Source of the DNA: Catajapyx aquilonaris
Lineage: Eukaryota
Assembly (NCBI GenBank): GCA_000934665.2
Contig: KZ538468.1
Coordinates: forward strand, 1-64,000
Reading direction: 5' to 3'
DNA: 64,000 bases
The translations under genes were made by a program, and so were the position numbers. Below, one piece after another: positions 1 through 15,029 of the stretch (the first letter of the stretch is position 1; the number at the start of each line of letters is the position of its first letter). The notes beneath the pieces are model-generated. The model was not told where the DNA came from. It did no database searches and saw only the letters and a program-made list of their open reading frames with translations.

Positions 1-1433
1 CCCCACAACACCGCTAATAGCACCCACTTTTGTCCATGACTTGCCAACTAGGCCTACTTGCGCACCTCCGCCATTTTTTGGCCAGAAAATGCACCCAAAA
101 ATGGCAGATGTACATATAGAAAAAAAAAAATGTTTTTTTTTCTGACAGATGGCTAGGTGACGTGACCAACAAGACCTTGTTTTTTCGATAATATATGGAA
201 AAGGGGGATGTAGGGGGAGAGAAAAATGGAAATTTGTGTGTAAAAGGGGACGCCTGAACTTATGCCTCGATTTTTTTTCTGTGTAAACAACTCCATTACA
301 TGATAATTGTGACTGTGAATGTTAAGCAGCACACGTAATGGGATGTTCTCACGCTTGAAGGCGCACGAAGCGTCCCTGGAAGTTTTTTTTATTATTTTTT
401 TGGCAGTCTTTTTGCAGTTTGAGGTGGGAAGGGGAGGGGGGGGGGAGGCTCATTTCCACTCATTTCCTTCCCGTTCCGAAAGCGTCCAGTACCTGTAACG
501 CAAGGACCATCTTCGTGCTCATTGCGCCGTTCCTATTATCATCTTCTACAATGCGTTTTAATTACCTGCACGACTCCAACTTTTTTTTTTTCGAAGATTT
601 TTTTTTTTTTTTGAAAAAAAGTCCATCTGGTTAGATTGTGTGAACATGCTGGAACGATACTAGAGGCATACAGGAGCACTAAAATAATTTCAAATCTCAT
701 CTTGCATTTTTACAATGAGGTGCAGGAAGCAATTTGCTTAGAATTAGGTGCGGTCATATCTTATGCAGGTAGTCTACACTAATTACGTCATATCAGTATG
801 TTTTACATCAGGTGAATTGCAACTGAGGCAGTTGTTAACAGCACTTAACACCGGTTCTTTGAAAGATTAGTATTTCAAAAGGGTTGCTTTGTACTTTTTT
901 GACGTCACTTTCTTCATCTGAAATGATGCCGTGACCTAATGCTGTTGAGCAATAATATTGCATTTGATTAATTAGCTTGACCCACTTTTCCACATTTTCA
1001 ATATGCTGTTAAACCCAAGTAAACCGCAGAAGAATAGTTACGTGACCAACCTTCGCTCCAGTGTTGCAATAGATGTGATCTAGAACAAAAGGCAATATAG
1101 TGGTCTACTTGCTCCTATGCTAATCTTCCATATTCTCTACCGCGATACTGTAAGGTACCATAATTAAAAGAACAATGTTTTATAAAAACGCTACCTTATT
1201 GCATATAACATATCTACAAATTCAACCCTCTCACGAGCATACCTGGTAATTCCGACACTTTTTGTAACCATATACTCACGCAGAACCGCTGCATCGTCCA
1301 ACTTTACAGTTTAATTGTTGGCTCCCTTACGAATGTTCACTTGTGCTATATGATATCCTGCTTCAATTTCCGGGTTTTCAAGGCTATATCTTTTAAAAAC
1401 AAGCGTCAGCAAGAGTGGTGGGGGGGGGGGGGG

Positions 1434-1557
1434 NNNNNNNNNNNNNNNNNNNNNNNNNNNNNNNNNNNNNNNNNNNNNNNNNNNNNNNNNNNNNNNNNNN
1501 NNNNNNNNNNNNNNNNNNNNNNNNNNNNNNNNNNNNNNNNNNNNNNNNNNNNNNNNN
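1434..1557. other. Assembly gap (124 N)
   Basis: Run of N between a poly-G tract and a short C run. Confidence 1.
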
Positions 1558-4500
1558 CCCCCTTCAGTGCCCTCCCACCCCCGCCATCCCCTGACTGTTT
1601 CCGGCCATGCCAGCTCATCTCGTATTCCAGTGGGCACCTTTGCCCATGTTAGCCAGCCTGCAACTTTCACATACAAAGCGGAGATGAGGCACGCTAACGA
1701 AGCGTTTTAATTGTTGTTGGCGGAGATGGCGAGTTAAAGCCCACCCCCTCCATCACCCCCACCTCGCACATAACCCCTTTGCATGTTTCCTAACATCCTC
1801 AAGGCCTGTTTCGGATGGGAGAAAATCCCTTTCTCTCCCAGCCATCTCACCTACATATGCCAATTCAACCATTCTGAATCTAGGGATTCCAACAATAGTG
1901 TTCTAAATAGTATAGTTTCTAGCCCATTATTGTAAATCGTTATATGCTTTCATAGAATGTAAGCCGGATGATTTGCAGCGCATGACTGTATCCTTGTAGG
2001 AGCCTATCAGCCTAGTGGATGGCACCCCATCCCCATACATCACCAAGGCCAATGGCTGGCTAGCACTAGCATGGAAACCGCTCCCCTTTCTGATCCCTGC
2101 TATTATTCGCACTGATCCCCGCCTTCCAGAAGCTCGTTTTTACAAACCACATCATGCCATTTTGACGTAAATAGCAGCTCTTTGTATGCAACCACCCATA
2201 GAATGACCCCTATATGGTTAGTCAAGGGCGAAGTGGGTCGGGGGGGAACATGAACTTGGGATTCTATCGATTGTTGTATTGGATATCACTTTCTGTTGAG
2301 TGTCACCTAATCGACAATGATCAGTTGGTATTCGCTCATGGAAATCTCCCACGGTGCATAAATGATGGCTATACCACAGACTGCGATGGGTCAAGGGCAT
2401 ATCCACATATCAGATATTTAGAACTGATTTTTCATCCAGAACTAAAAAATTCAGGCTTTTTTTTTTCAACCACACATTACTTCTTATGCCAGTTGATTAG
2501 CATAAAGAGCAGGAAATGAAGCTTTATGAGTTAGTTCACGCAAGTTAGGGACACGAAGGCCCCCACGCAGTAAAATATGGAAAACGGTTATTTTCAAAGC
2601 GAAACATCAGGCCACCCGACTCTTACAAACCACCCGATTTCAACGCGATAAACATTTGGGTAATTTTCTCCGTTACACGTATGCATCTGCAAATACCGGT
2701 ACCGTTTTCCATTTCCGAACGCAATAATTGGCGGCCCGAGCCAATGCCCTGGAGTTGAGCCGCACCATGGCCTGACCGATAATGAGAAGTGTTGAATATG
2801 CATTAGTCAGCACAAAATGGAGGAAGCCTTATTTATAAGCGTGAAAAAGTTAGTGCGGCACACTGTGTTCCGCTTCTTGCCAGTCACTTCCGATCACATC
2901 TCGTTAGCAAATCGGAACTTCACACTCCACCTGTTCAGGATAGTATCACTTGGCTTTATTAATTTCACACCTGCTTTTCATCCTGTGTTTGTTCATTACA
3001 AGCGTTTTGGACTGCTTTTCTCAAGTTTTTTTATTATTATTTCCCTTTCGTGTGGGGATGCGGTACTTCATACCTGTAGGGGCAACTACAAATGATGACA
3101 TGAAATGCAGGGTTACAATGATTATTCTTTAGAGACATGAAGGTTTGAAGTTTAAAAATACATACATTTTTGTAGACAGACGATATTGACAGTAGAAGCC
3201 AACTGGATCATTAGCAGATACAAATCAGTGAGTACATTACACACAATGCCTAATTTAATTCAGACCAAATACAGTGATTCTGATCGTTCCTGAAAAGCTA
3301 GCCTTCAATGGAGTTTTTTAATATATTAATGCTTTTAGTGTCATACTTCGTATATCCTCGTAATAGAGGGATATTTCTGACACTTTCATCAATTTCAACA
3401 GAGCCACATTATGGAACAAAATAATAATATTTAGGCTTATACTCCGTGCAAATACAATGTCTACTGAAGCATTTTACAACATTGCAAGGTTGGAAAATGC
3501 TTCATTTTGTAAGCTCACTTCGTGCATTCTTGCAGCCAAACCTATATTTGTTCACATCTTGGTCAATCTTCATAACCTATTTCTTGCCGAAAATTTTCTG
3601 AAAGCGCAAGTATAGGGTCATTTCTTGCGTGGTTTGGACGACACTGAGAATTTTTAAACATTTTCCACATGAACTGTTGGAGAGGACGCACGATCACGAT
3701 TGAATGCACACGTCAGTCTTTATAACTTATACTGTCTCAAAGAGTTGAAGGGGTGCACCCTTGAGCAGCCAGACCATGGTCAGGATTTTTAATGGAGTGA
3801 CCTTCATATGTTTCTCAATCTCCAGAAAAATTTTGAAAGGCAAAAAAGGAGGGACTAAAGTGGTCAAGAGACAAACTAATAGAATCGGCTGCGAGAGCCC
3901 ATGACAAAATCTAGTACGTTTATATACTATAGGTCTATACCACTGTTCCAAATTTTACTTTGATCGACATGACGTGCTGCACGTGAACGTTTTGCGCTAT
4001 GCAGTTATTTGGTAGGCCTATCTGTCAATGGTTCAGTGATATGCAATACGTTATTTACAATAGCTAAGAGTTGATGTAACAAAGGGATTGTGGTGACTAC
4101 AATAAAGCCGGACTATAAATTCCTGGTATAGAACTTGTGGTAAATAATGCTCCCCTGTGATCATATTCCATAAATAATAATCATTAGAGCCCACACATGA
4201 CAGTATACACCTAATTACGCTATAGTGATTAACCTCTCCTCTTTATTATTATTATTTTTTTTGCAGAGTAACGCTGATTTAGAAAACGTTGCTTTTCTTT
4301 TCCAGGATAATTATTGTACGTCGCGATGACGAGCGAATGGGTTAAGTATAGGAATCCAATAAATCAAGTGAAATAAAATAGTGTACTCGTCTGAAATTTA
4401 TGATACAATAAGAGGCAAAAAGTATAGGGTATCTCTGAATAGATTCCTTTGATAAGCCCGGTTGATCTGGATCACTTTGATTAACCCCGTTCGTGGACCA

Positions 4501-6698
4501 CACCGCCCGGGCTACTTGGAAGAATACTAGTATAGGCCTATAGTTTTACTCTCTATCGAGTAGAAAAATTTTTGACGTACTGCACCTGCTACTCTCGATT
4601 AGGTAGCACAGAAGTGAAAAACACAATCAAAAATACAAGATCATGCGAATTAATAGGTGTTTCACCACGTATAAATATCATTCGTGTTTATTAGGTTTAT
4701 TAGAAAAATAATGAAAGGTTGTCAGACGAGAGCTGCAGAGAAATTCCCCCCGTACAATAAATTCAATTACGTTCTCTTTATAAGTCATAAGGTACTGAAC
4801 TTGTCAGATTGCCTGTAATGTAACGTATCTTTTAAGCAGTGCAAATGGGAGAGAATATTAGACTGTCAATATCAAATTTACGTCAATATCAAATTTGCGT
4901 AAAAATTAACGAATATTGTCCTACTTAGGTTTGATTCGATTTTTCTCTGATTACGTAGAAGCATCAGTTGCGATTATGTTAATGGGGTTTCTAATGGTAG
5001 ACCTATTTCTTTTGGTATATTTGAAAATTGCAGATGGTGGCATATTTCACAATTTTACATTGTTCAGATATTAAGAATTAAATGTGACATATGTTATAAC
5101 CCTACAAAAATTCAACATCATTCCTAGGTCATGGCACCAATGTTGGTTAGGTCAGTTAGCCTTACTGACACCTAGACTTGGTGTTCGCCCGGGGCGTACC
5201 GTGTTTAGCGTCTGTTCCCCTCCCGATTTGGAATCACGTCACATCATACCCGGCCTGTTATGCAGGCAGGCGTAATGATGATGATGGGAGAGGCCCAGGT
5301 GTAAGACAGGTGTCCATTTAGTCGCGGGCCTGACCTCCCAAGAACGCCGTTCATTTCACGCCTCAACGCCCCGAGCAAATCCACCGCTTGCCCATCAGGT
5401 CAGCTGAGAATCCCAAGCTAAATGGACAGAAACGCAAACATCCGCATACAAGCATCCGTTTCCGCTTCGCTTATTAAACCCTCCCAAGTATGGACTACCC
5501 CCACAGACCAGGTCAGTCAACCGCGCCATATTTTTTTTTAAAAAAAATCGCTATATATTAGCGACGCTTTAGACGCTCCAGAACAAAAGATTTGGCGCGT
5601 TAGAAAGTCGGAAGCGGGAAGCAATTAATGACGTCTGCTACATTCAGTTTAGGGCCAGTTCGCATGTAGATTTGTCCGGCGTGGAGCATCGATCAAGTGG
5701 GGCCTGTTGCGGTGGAAGGGGTGCTAGGGTGGGGTGGGGACTTTAAAAGCTCGTTGGGGTTGCCGCCAAAATGGCGCATTTCCGATCTCAACCGCAATAA
5801 ATCGGGTCCACGCGATCCGGCATTTTAGCTAGGTTCAGAGAGGAAGAGTGTGTGCTGGATGGGGTGAGGTATATTAGGTTATACAGTAGGGAGGGACGAC
5901 CCCTTGCACTTGCACGCTGTTCCTAATGTTCCGCAAACTTGTAATTGATTGCAGGAGGAAAAGGGGTGGTTGGATGGGGGGGTGTTCTTGGAGTCGGCGG
6001 CTGCAGTCCGTTCCACTAGAGTGTATTGGGAACGGACGTCACTTGTGCGTGTTCAGCCAGCCACTTCCCCCCTCCACCTCCCCAACTCCCCGATATTAAT
6101 TTGCGACATGCCACTCCTAATGGCCAGGATATTGGCCACTAATTCACAGCGGGCAGGAAGCTCAGCATAGACGCCCTGCCTATTACACCGCGCCATTTTG
6201 CCACGTTGCTCCTATTATGAGCCGGCTAGGGTGAGACGCGCATGTCTGTAGACGTGTAGCTTAATAGACGGGCGCTTAAGCACAATGGTCATTCTGTATC
6301 AAATAGGCCAATAAGGATAAGTGATGGGCACACTGCACGTCATGGATAGAGTGGGCAAAAACTAGGTGCGCTTGAGCCATTTTCTGCGGTGGTGTTACAC
6401 CGAGCGAAAAACATAGATGGAGGATGGTTGTAGGCTTGGTTTGATTTATTTGAAAAGTCGAGACCATGAGGCATGACTGATGTCACTAAAGATACTGTAG
6501 GCCTATACAGTGCAGTGATGGCGTTACACGAGTATACTGTAGATATCCAACAACATTTCTGCGATTAGTTGTCCTCTTGACCACATCTTTTTTCTCTGTG
6601 TAGTTTATATCAACCACCATCAACCACCATCATGCTAAGACAGTGCTGACCCTATCTTGATGCCACCCTTTCACACCAACCAAAACACGATACAGTGA

Positions 6699-6848
6699 GG
6701 CACGGTAGGCCTACTGGTTAGGGCGCCAACCTTCGACCCACGTTCCATCCCTAAATATATAGGGCAGGGGATCTTCCAATGGAAATAGCTTTGACGGGTA
6801 CTCTTCATGTTCGAGTGGATTTTCTTGGGATTCTCCAGTTCCCCCACA
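6699..6848 (+). mobile_element. Degenerate copy of SINE family A
   Basis: ggcacggtaggcctactggttagggcgcc head and gtggattttcttgggattctccagttcccccaca body resemble the 30417 and 58706 copies. Confidence 0.5.
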
Positions 6849-8708
6849 TTATGCCTTATGCTTTGGCTCCCCTAATAAACCAACCAAACCGGCGACTTCC
6901 GGAGGTTAAGATTCTAACGACAGAACAGAGTTCTCTTGTCATGCATTTTACAGAGAGTGTGGTCCAGCTGCCTTCATTTTGTGACATCCCCAGTATCCAA
7001 GAGTTAGTTGTGGAAGTTGGTAATTTTGCCAAGAGATGGCGGGATGCGGGGGGTGTCGGGTGGGGGACGTCGGGGGAGGCGTGCAATTTTGGAGTTAGTC
7101 GTAAGGCAGCCTCGAGCGAGGCTAGGTTTAATAAATAGGTTGTGAATAGGGGCGTGAAAATTCACTGCAGCTACAGGCATAAAAATAAAGAAAATTGAAA
7201 CTGAAGAGGACTAAGGGTAATTTATCAAGGGGATAAGGGAAACCACATCAAGTAATAAATTCTGGTGGGCAGAAGAAACAGCTTTCTTCAAGGGAAGCAG
7301 GAAAGGGAGGCGGGTGGAGGAAGCAGCCACTTCTTTTTCCACTTGTCTGCAATAAACGTCAGTCGGGATCCTGACGTAGCAATCTCGCCCCACCTCTACG
7401 CTGATTTCGAGCCAAACCCAATAACGAAACCACTGCTTTACAAAGTTTCCAGGGATTCTCCATATTTATTAATTTATTAACTTTATAATAGGGTCATGTA
7501 CACTACCAGAGAGTAAACTAGACCAGGCTGCCTTTGGCTACAGAGCAGTATTTCCAACTCATAAACAGAAGTTGATCATCTGCTGATTGCATATCAGCAT
7601 GGAGCGAATTCTGTTGGTATACATTTGTTTGGTACCGCCAGAATACATCCATGTTGACATACGGAATCAGATGATCAACTCTTTGGATTGGAAACTGCAC
7701 GGCAACCAAATGTGCCGGATCTAGACGGTACGGTGTCCAGTTTCCTCTTGGTTATGTAAATGATGCCACTGCATTAACCATACCACATACGGGTGCAAGA
7801 TAGCCCAAATTTTCCCTTTCATTTGAACCATCGCCGCATAATAAACCAACGCCCAGCGAATATACCAAAGTGTCAATCTTCCGTCCCACACAGACGAATG
7901 TGACACGTGATTCATAGCCGCCATGCATGTGGAACGAGCTGCAAAGCACCTCGCCTTCATGTGTGCACTGGCGACCCGTGTGGGAAAACCGGCAAAAATC
8001 CTAGGCATAGCAGCAATGAGCGATCTTTAAACGAGATGGCGTCAGTTGTAATTATTTTCGTGCCGCGTGATAATTCACAAAGACGGAAAATGCCGAATAT
8101 TGCGGGCGGGCGGTACGCATCACGAAGGACACCCTACTCTCACGGCCTTTTGCCTTCCATCTCCTTCCTTCGCTCGGGAATGTCCTTGTTTATTCCCATT
8201 TACAATTCCAGCCTGGGCAACCTTGACTACATTAGTAGGTGAAAAGCGCGGGGCTATATAGTGCCAGGGTGGAGATCGCCTATCATAACTGACATTTTCA
8301 GCGTGGAACGCCGCGACGCCTAGGTTCATGGGAGCGTTTTGCATTCACCGCGCCGCGCCGTGCGGAGCCGTTTCGTGTCGCGAGTCATTTCTGTCCCTGG
8401 AAATAGGAGCATTGTTATATTTTTATTTGTGGCAGGAGCATTCTTATAACACTGGAAAGGGCATCAAAGAAAAGCACAGAGTTAGTTTTGCTCAAAAGTG
8501 CTTATTCATCAGATTACAGGCAAAGAGGAATATTTTCTTTGCACCTACTGTATAGTCTGCATGATGTTCCCACCAAAATGATGAATTGTGTGCACTGTAT
8601 AACACTGACGCTATCAGCCAATTTGTAGATATGCATATATCAATGGGAAAACACGATGCGCAGAAAGAGCGGACCATTCCTGTATACTCATCGTATATTC
8701 GTATACTG

Positions 8709-9041
8709 AAAGGGAGGCGGAGTGGCGCCGCGGTAACGCGCGCGCCCACGGAAGTTAAGGTCCCGGGTTCAATCCCCACCCGGGGTTCCCACCTTCTTTC
8801 GTGCAGAGTTAAGCCATCTCTGGCTTCGTTTAGGGTGGCAATTTCCGATAGACTAAGCCACCCGGGGGAGTTCACAAAATGACCACTACTCGCCCGCGCA
8901 CACGCACTTTGCACATCCCCTCCTAATTACCTTGGAGCATACTAACAAGATTAAATCTTGACTCGCTCCAAAATAATCCCGATGGTGGTAATCCACCCCC
9001 CATATATGTGTAGATATGGGGTAATGCAAAATATATATATA
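8709..9041 (+). mobile_element. tRNA-derived SINE (family B) with (TA)n tail
   Basis: A-box-like TGGCGCCGCGG, B box GGTTCAATCC, 3' hairpin CCCCATAT...ATATGGGG and (TA)n tail. 15-bp TSD TATATTCGTATACTG at 8694-8708 and 9042-9056. Confidence 0.85.
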
Positions 9042-10985
9042 TATATTCGTATACTGTAGATATATAGCCTATACACTCCAATCACGCCCTCTGAAGTGTA
9101 TAAGTCTCATTAGTAGAATGTAATACAACAATTACTATCCCTTAAATAGAGTTGAGTAAACTTGTCTCAACTTCTACGCGACGATGTACGTTTGATCAAA
9201 GAAGGTCATGACGTATGATGAATCAGTGACCTAAACAAAATTTTAGAAAAATAATTTATGGTTGTTCCTATATTATGATGATGTGTAAATATTTCTCGGC
9301 GTATAGTATAGCATTTGCGTAGTCAGTAGTGTTGTTATTATTAGACTAATTTCACCTCCTCTCACGCTATTTTAACGGGGAAATTAAATCCCGGATATCA
9401 CTTAACATACACAAGCTGATAGACGAAGGTGTAAAACAATCCAAGCAACTAACTGATGAAAACAGGTTGTGAATAATCCACTGGCATATCACAGCTGTGA
9501 TATGCGGAAGATGTGTGGAACGGTTACATAAATGTGCATATTTAATTCGGTTGTGTCGTGGTGAGAGCTGATATGTCCATCATTCCAGACTTGTTGTGTC
9601 AGTAGTTGTTTTATCAACATAAACGCTGCAGTCAAGCAACTGCCTTATCTCCTGTTACTTAATGTGAGTTCACAACCTCGCGATAACCTATGTTGGCAGG
9701 GGAATAATTATGGTTAGTAGAAATTCAATCCAATTGGCATCCCCGTATATTCTCCTGTGTTCTATAGCCATGCTAAAATGCTATAAAAGAATTTTTTGAA
9801 AAGTGATGGAGTGCGAGGAAAGATTTTCTCGCGACACCAAATATGCTCTCAGCAAACTATACCGGTTCCCTCCACCACCACCCCCCCCCCNTTAGCAAAG
9901 CAGTTCTCGAAACATGCCCCATGCTAAAATGAATAGCCCGGTTCTCAAGACCGGTAAAGTGCAAATTTTCCCCACATGGCGACTTCCACCTTCAATTGCG
10001 GATACGCACGCATGATACGATCAGGACCTCTATCAGAAGTGCAAGTGTGTGGTTGTGTTTGTCTAGCGTGACTTCGGCAGATATACGTAGATCCGTTGGG
10101 ATCCGGTGTAGCCAGGCTTACAAGAACCGGTCTCTGGGACAGGTTCACCCCGCATGCACCCCGATCTGCCCATATTTCTCGGTAGGATACCCCCCTTTCC
10201 CCCGCTTAAACGGCGCCCCCATCATCATCCAGACCACTGCGCAGCTAATGGTCCAGACAAACCGCGCATGACGTCAACCAACGATGGCCGCCCCAGGCCT
10301 AGGTTATAGACCTCACGAGCTGATAGAAAAAGCCACATGATGTAGACCTCCGTGAGAAGCTGATGCAATTGATTTTTATTGACTTGTATTCTGGACTCTC
10401 CTCCCCCTCTCCCTCAAAAGTCCCAACAATGCGTCTGAAGCGTGAAAAGAGCATGGCAGGAAGCTCCTTTCAAGCTGACAACAGCTGTTTTTGTGGTTGG
10501 GAAGGGGGCTTGATGCCGATCGCCGATTGTTCCCTAGCGGAAGTGACGGCCCCACTGCCTTGCCGGAGGAACGGGTGCGAACCAGGGGCACCTGCCCTCC
10601 ACTGAACTTCTTTCTTTTTTTTACATGACTATCCCCCACTCCCCCTCACCCTTTCTGCCAGACCATCTACCTGCTTTTTTCCACCATGTGAACAAGGGAA
10701 TCCTCTCGTCCGAATCAACGTCCACGGAGCTGAGCTTTATTGTCCCAAACGGCGGATGCGGCCAAATCGCAGCTTCCGTCTCCTATATTTGCCAAACCCA
10801 GCCTGTTCAACCTTTGACCTTCCGATATAATTGTCGTGTTGTCGTCCAACTGTGACCGGCTCTAAAAGTCAGCATTCACTGCTTTTGTCAATGCTGTTTA
10901 ATCGCACTCCCCAGCATGAGCGATCAGAAATGCAAAAGACGGAAATCAGATAACTCATTTTATATACAGTATATGAGATTTTTGC

Positions 10986-11212
10986 ATATGTGAGTCTTTG
11001 ATTTTCATAACTATCAGAGTCCCACTTTGGTCAAAATTGAGGTAGTCATTGTGTAACATTTTGACGCTAACAATAGGATCAATTTCCTGATATAGCTGTT
11101 GAAGTCTCAGAAAAATGTTTCAAGGAATTGGATCCGTAAAACTGATTTCATAGCTCTTAAAAGTATAATTCCAATGGGACTCTTGACAGTTATGTAAATT
11201 ACGACTTCATAT
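10986..11212. mobile_element. Old MITE-like element with imperfect ~38-bp terminal inverted repeats
   Basis: ATATGTGAGTCTTTGATTTTCATAACTATCAGAGTCCCA versus the reverse complement of 11175-11212, ATATGAAGTCGTAATTTACATAACTGTCAAGAGTCCCA. Confidence 0.55.
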
Positions 11213-13846
11213 TGTATTATAAAAACATTCAGATTCCTAACACGTGCTGACATGAAGGTCGAATTATTTTTCTAGCAAGGATATCATTGTCTCAAACTGT
11301 GACATTGTCTCATAATTCTGGCAATTTGCACAATGTTCTCTCCTCCTCAGTATATTAATACCATCCCTATTCATAAGATTTAAAATAAGAAAACATGCAG
11401 CAATTACTACATTTTTATTGTTCCCATAAAGATTTTGATGCATTGGCTTTTAACTATTCAACTTAGCATGAAAATAACGAGTGTGGAAAAAACTTGGCAG
11501 CCCATATGCTCCTGCAACATTATCAGTGCGATTGTTATCACACCTACCAGCACACACATAGCCGGTACAGTAAAACCACTTGGCCAAAGATCCCCTGTAA
11601 TCAAGGCGTAACTTATGAAAATCTCAGTTCTTGTCCTTTCATCGCAACAAAATCAGGCAGAATAAATATTATACAGGACGGTTGCAGATTGACTCTCAGT
11701 GCAAATATGACACACGATGACCGTTTATTAATGGGTGAGAAGTATTATATAGTGTTACAAGGTCCGACGACTAATTAATAACCAAGGCTGTACTTCATGG
11801 CCGGAAAGGCCCAAAATCCGCCCTTTTTCATTCTTCATAGCAATGTGGAAAGGGCGCAAAACGGGTCAAGTGGAAGAGGGAATAAAAAGCTCCCCATATG
11901 GCAACTAGGAATATAATAGCAGGGACCCTGTATTTATATGTAGAGCCCGTTCTGTTTTACTGTCACACGCTGAGCTATATACTTTGAGAGAGCCAAAACT
12001 GTGCAGTTCCACGTTTTTGTTCCCAAATTACCTTCATTAAAAAATAAACTGCGTGTGTTCATCGCGTGTAACGTGTAATTAGTCGAGCGCAAGTGGCGGG
12101 GACCCAGATGGCGCCGATAACAATGCAAATTCTTTTGTGTGGAGATTAATTTAGCATGCTTCGATTTGAACATTTCGTAAATAGAGTTAGCCTTCCCCAG
12201 TTATCAGAGTCGGGACTCGCTCTCTGGAATACTAAATATCTGGCCGTAGCCAAATATATATGTATCTCCGTCATCTGTCAAAAACACGCAAGCATCCTGC
12301 CCGTTTGCAACTGCCTGTTGATTTCGTCATGGGACCACAAAAATCGTGTGTAATTATTCCCATAGCACGCTTCTGTAGATGGTCCCAAACCCATTCGGCT
12401 CAACTAAAAAATTGAAAGAAAAAAGCGTCCAATTGGCTACACTCAATAAGACTGCGAAGTACCATTTTTGTGTCAGTAGAGAGTGCGCCAAAGGTACGTT
12501 ACTTTTCAGTTCGACTGGAAAATTTGTCTTAATTTTTTTTATATAGTTCCGAACTGTTCTGTAAGCCTAAGACTTTTGTACTTATAACTATTCGGAGATA
12601 CTTTATTCAGATTTTCTGGTGACATTATTTAGTCAGAAATCATATTTATTCACTGTCCACTTCTTTAATGTTCACATTCATTGTTGCACCACAGTGACGA
12701 TTGTAATGACAATCACATTAGGCTCCAACTGCAAGAAATAACAGCTAGCAGCCAATACAGGAGGGCATAAGCGTACCCATGTGTGTAAATCAAAGTGCTA
12801 GAAAGCATCCGCTTGGAGCGCTGGCACAAACTGGCTCCATTTGGCTTCCAGGGACCCTTCCCGCCGTGTAACCCACAACTGGGCAAAAAAGGTCAGACCC
12901 AATGCAAGTGCTGGTCACTTTGTGCAATTTGCAGAAGACGAATGGTGTGCAAGTGGCAACGAAGGCAGCGACTTGCCCTGCCCAAAACTGCTGCACAGTC
13001 CAGTCCCAGCATTGTTGAGGGCAAGCACAAAGGCCGTGTGGAGCCCGTAAAGCGGCCAAATGGGGCAGATTGGATGCATGGCTGATCAGCAGTGCGAGCT
13101 GACCGTTTGTTTACAGCAGCTGATATCGCCCGTGGTGACAGCACCGACACGTCGGAGGGACTTGCCGGAACCGCAGCCCAACTGCACCATAAAAGCCTCT
13201 TGGGGGCTACCTCCACTCACACTGCACGCCCCTTTTATCCCTAACCCCGTCCCCTGACCAAAAAAACAACCGGTGCACACACACAAGGGTGTAACATAAT
13301 TCTTGGCTAGGCAGTTACACATTGGTTGCTGCTGTGTAGCTTCTATATACTGCTGCATGGTTTTCAATGAGAGATGACAACTCGTTTCGATGTTATTTTG
13401 GACACACGGTGCCGTGATTTGAGGGGGATAATCAAAACAAGCAGTTTCATGGTAAAATACTGTACAAAACTGTACGTGTCATGGGTTTCAAGTGTCTCCT
13501 CTTTTTTTTGCTTACCACATGTCAATATGGCCTATGGTTGAAAATAGCTGAAACGGTCGACGTACTGTTACGAGCAAACAGGTGGGGGGGGAGGGGAGGG
13601 GGTGTCAGGAGATGTAACGAGTTCATTGTCTTTTCAGTGATGTGTCTGATACTCCAACGCGAATGTATCGATACACGGGAAGTTTTAATGTTATTAGAGA
13701 AAAGACAACCAGTTTTACAGCTAACTCCTGCTCCGTCTCCATCTCTATGCTTACGATTGTACAAAATGTCAAAATAAGTTTGGAGCAAACGTACTATGGG
13801 GCTCAAATTGTTTTGGCCACTTTGTCCTGGTCTTGAAGCAACCCTT

Positions 13847-13866
13847 CACACACACACACACACACA
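13847..13866. repeat. (CA)n microsatellite
   Basis: About 10 CA units. Confidence 0.9.
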
Positions 13867-15029
13867 CCTCCTCACCGTGGGGCATGTGCGAAGGGTTACT
13901 TCAAGACCAGGATAAAGTGGCCAAAACAATTTGAGCCCCATAGTACCTAGCACTCTAGAAAAGTGAAGGTGTTCGTTGTGTACTTTTGGCCTAAACTTAT
14001 TTTGGCATATAGTACATTTCACGTTGTTAAAAACCCCTGCAGCACTGTCGTATAGTCTACTGGGATCATGTCCTTCCGCCCTTCCGTCTACACCAATTTT
14101 GTACCCACTTCGCAGCGCACGATAAATCATTGTCCCATAAAAAGCAGCTAATGTATTATGTTACACACTTTCAGGCCCTAAAAGGCACCGTTTTATTTCC
14201 AAATATTCAAATGTCTCAAAGTAGCCATCTCCCCCTCTTGATCCTCCTCTTCCCCAAAGTGCGTAAGTGTGATCTGGCGGTTAGGGAGACAGAAATGGGG
14301 AAAGGAGGGGGGGATAGAATAGGGAAGGGGGGGATGTTGTAATAGGAGGGGTCTTCAGAGAGAAGGGACGTGGAGGGAGGGCTTCCCTCCCTCTGCAACT
14401 AACTTGATGGGCGGGGAATAATGAGGTTATGTTCTATTCATTCCCATTGTTTGCATTCATCAAATCAGCGCATTATCGCCCCCTTCGCCAACACGAGGGA
14501 CTTGGGGTGGTGCGGAGGGCAGCCATGGGGGAAGGGGACACAACTTTGTCCACATGAGCACTAAACCCATCAAGGCAGCTTATACAATGTAGCCACAATA
14601 TTTTGTTTGTATATAATACAGGGTTCCAACAGAAAGTACAGTTTGGCCATACATATTTTAACAAAATTTTACACAAAATTCAATATCGACACATGATGTC
14701 ATGTGTCGATACTTATCACAGAAGACAAACAACATATTGATCGAGATATTTTTCAAACACTGATAATTATCATATTTGTCTATTCCGAGCACTCTCGTCC
14801 CCAAGCATTATTATTCCTATATTCTCAACTGCCAAAAATTATTTTGAGGTGTCGAAACTTTTGAAGGTCACTCAGTGAAGTGTCTATTTCATGGTCTGAA
14901 CTGTTTGGAAAATGTTCACAGACGTTCCACTTAAATTCTTTGAGAAGATTCACTAAAGTGGTTCACTTTCTCATTGCAGCTAATCATTGAGCAATATTCA
15001 AAATGTTGGATTGTTTAAGAAGTGCATCA

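Noticed and set aside
1415..1562. Poly-G and C run flanking the gap as a hairpin or G-quadruplex; also poly-G at 53828-53858
   Set aside because: Homopolymers adjoin or contain Ns, so length and context are unreliable assembly features.
6042..6060. CTTGTGCGTGT resembling the 5' part of miR-210
   Set aside because: Identity stops after 11 nt, and the local hairpin (GTCCGTTCC/GGAACGGAC) does not place it in a paired arm.
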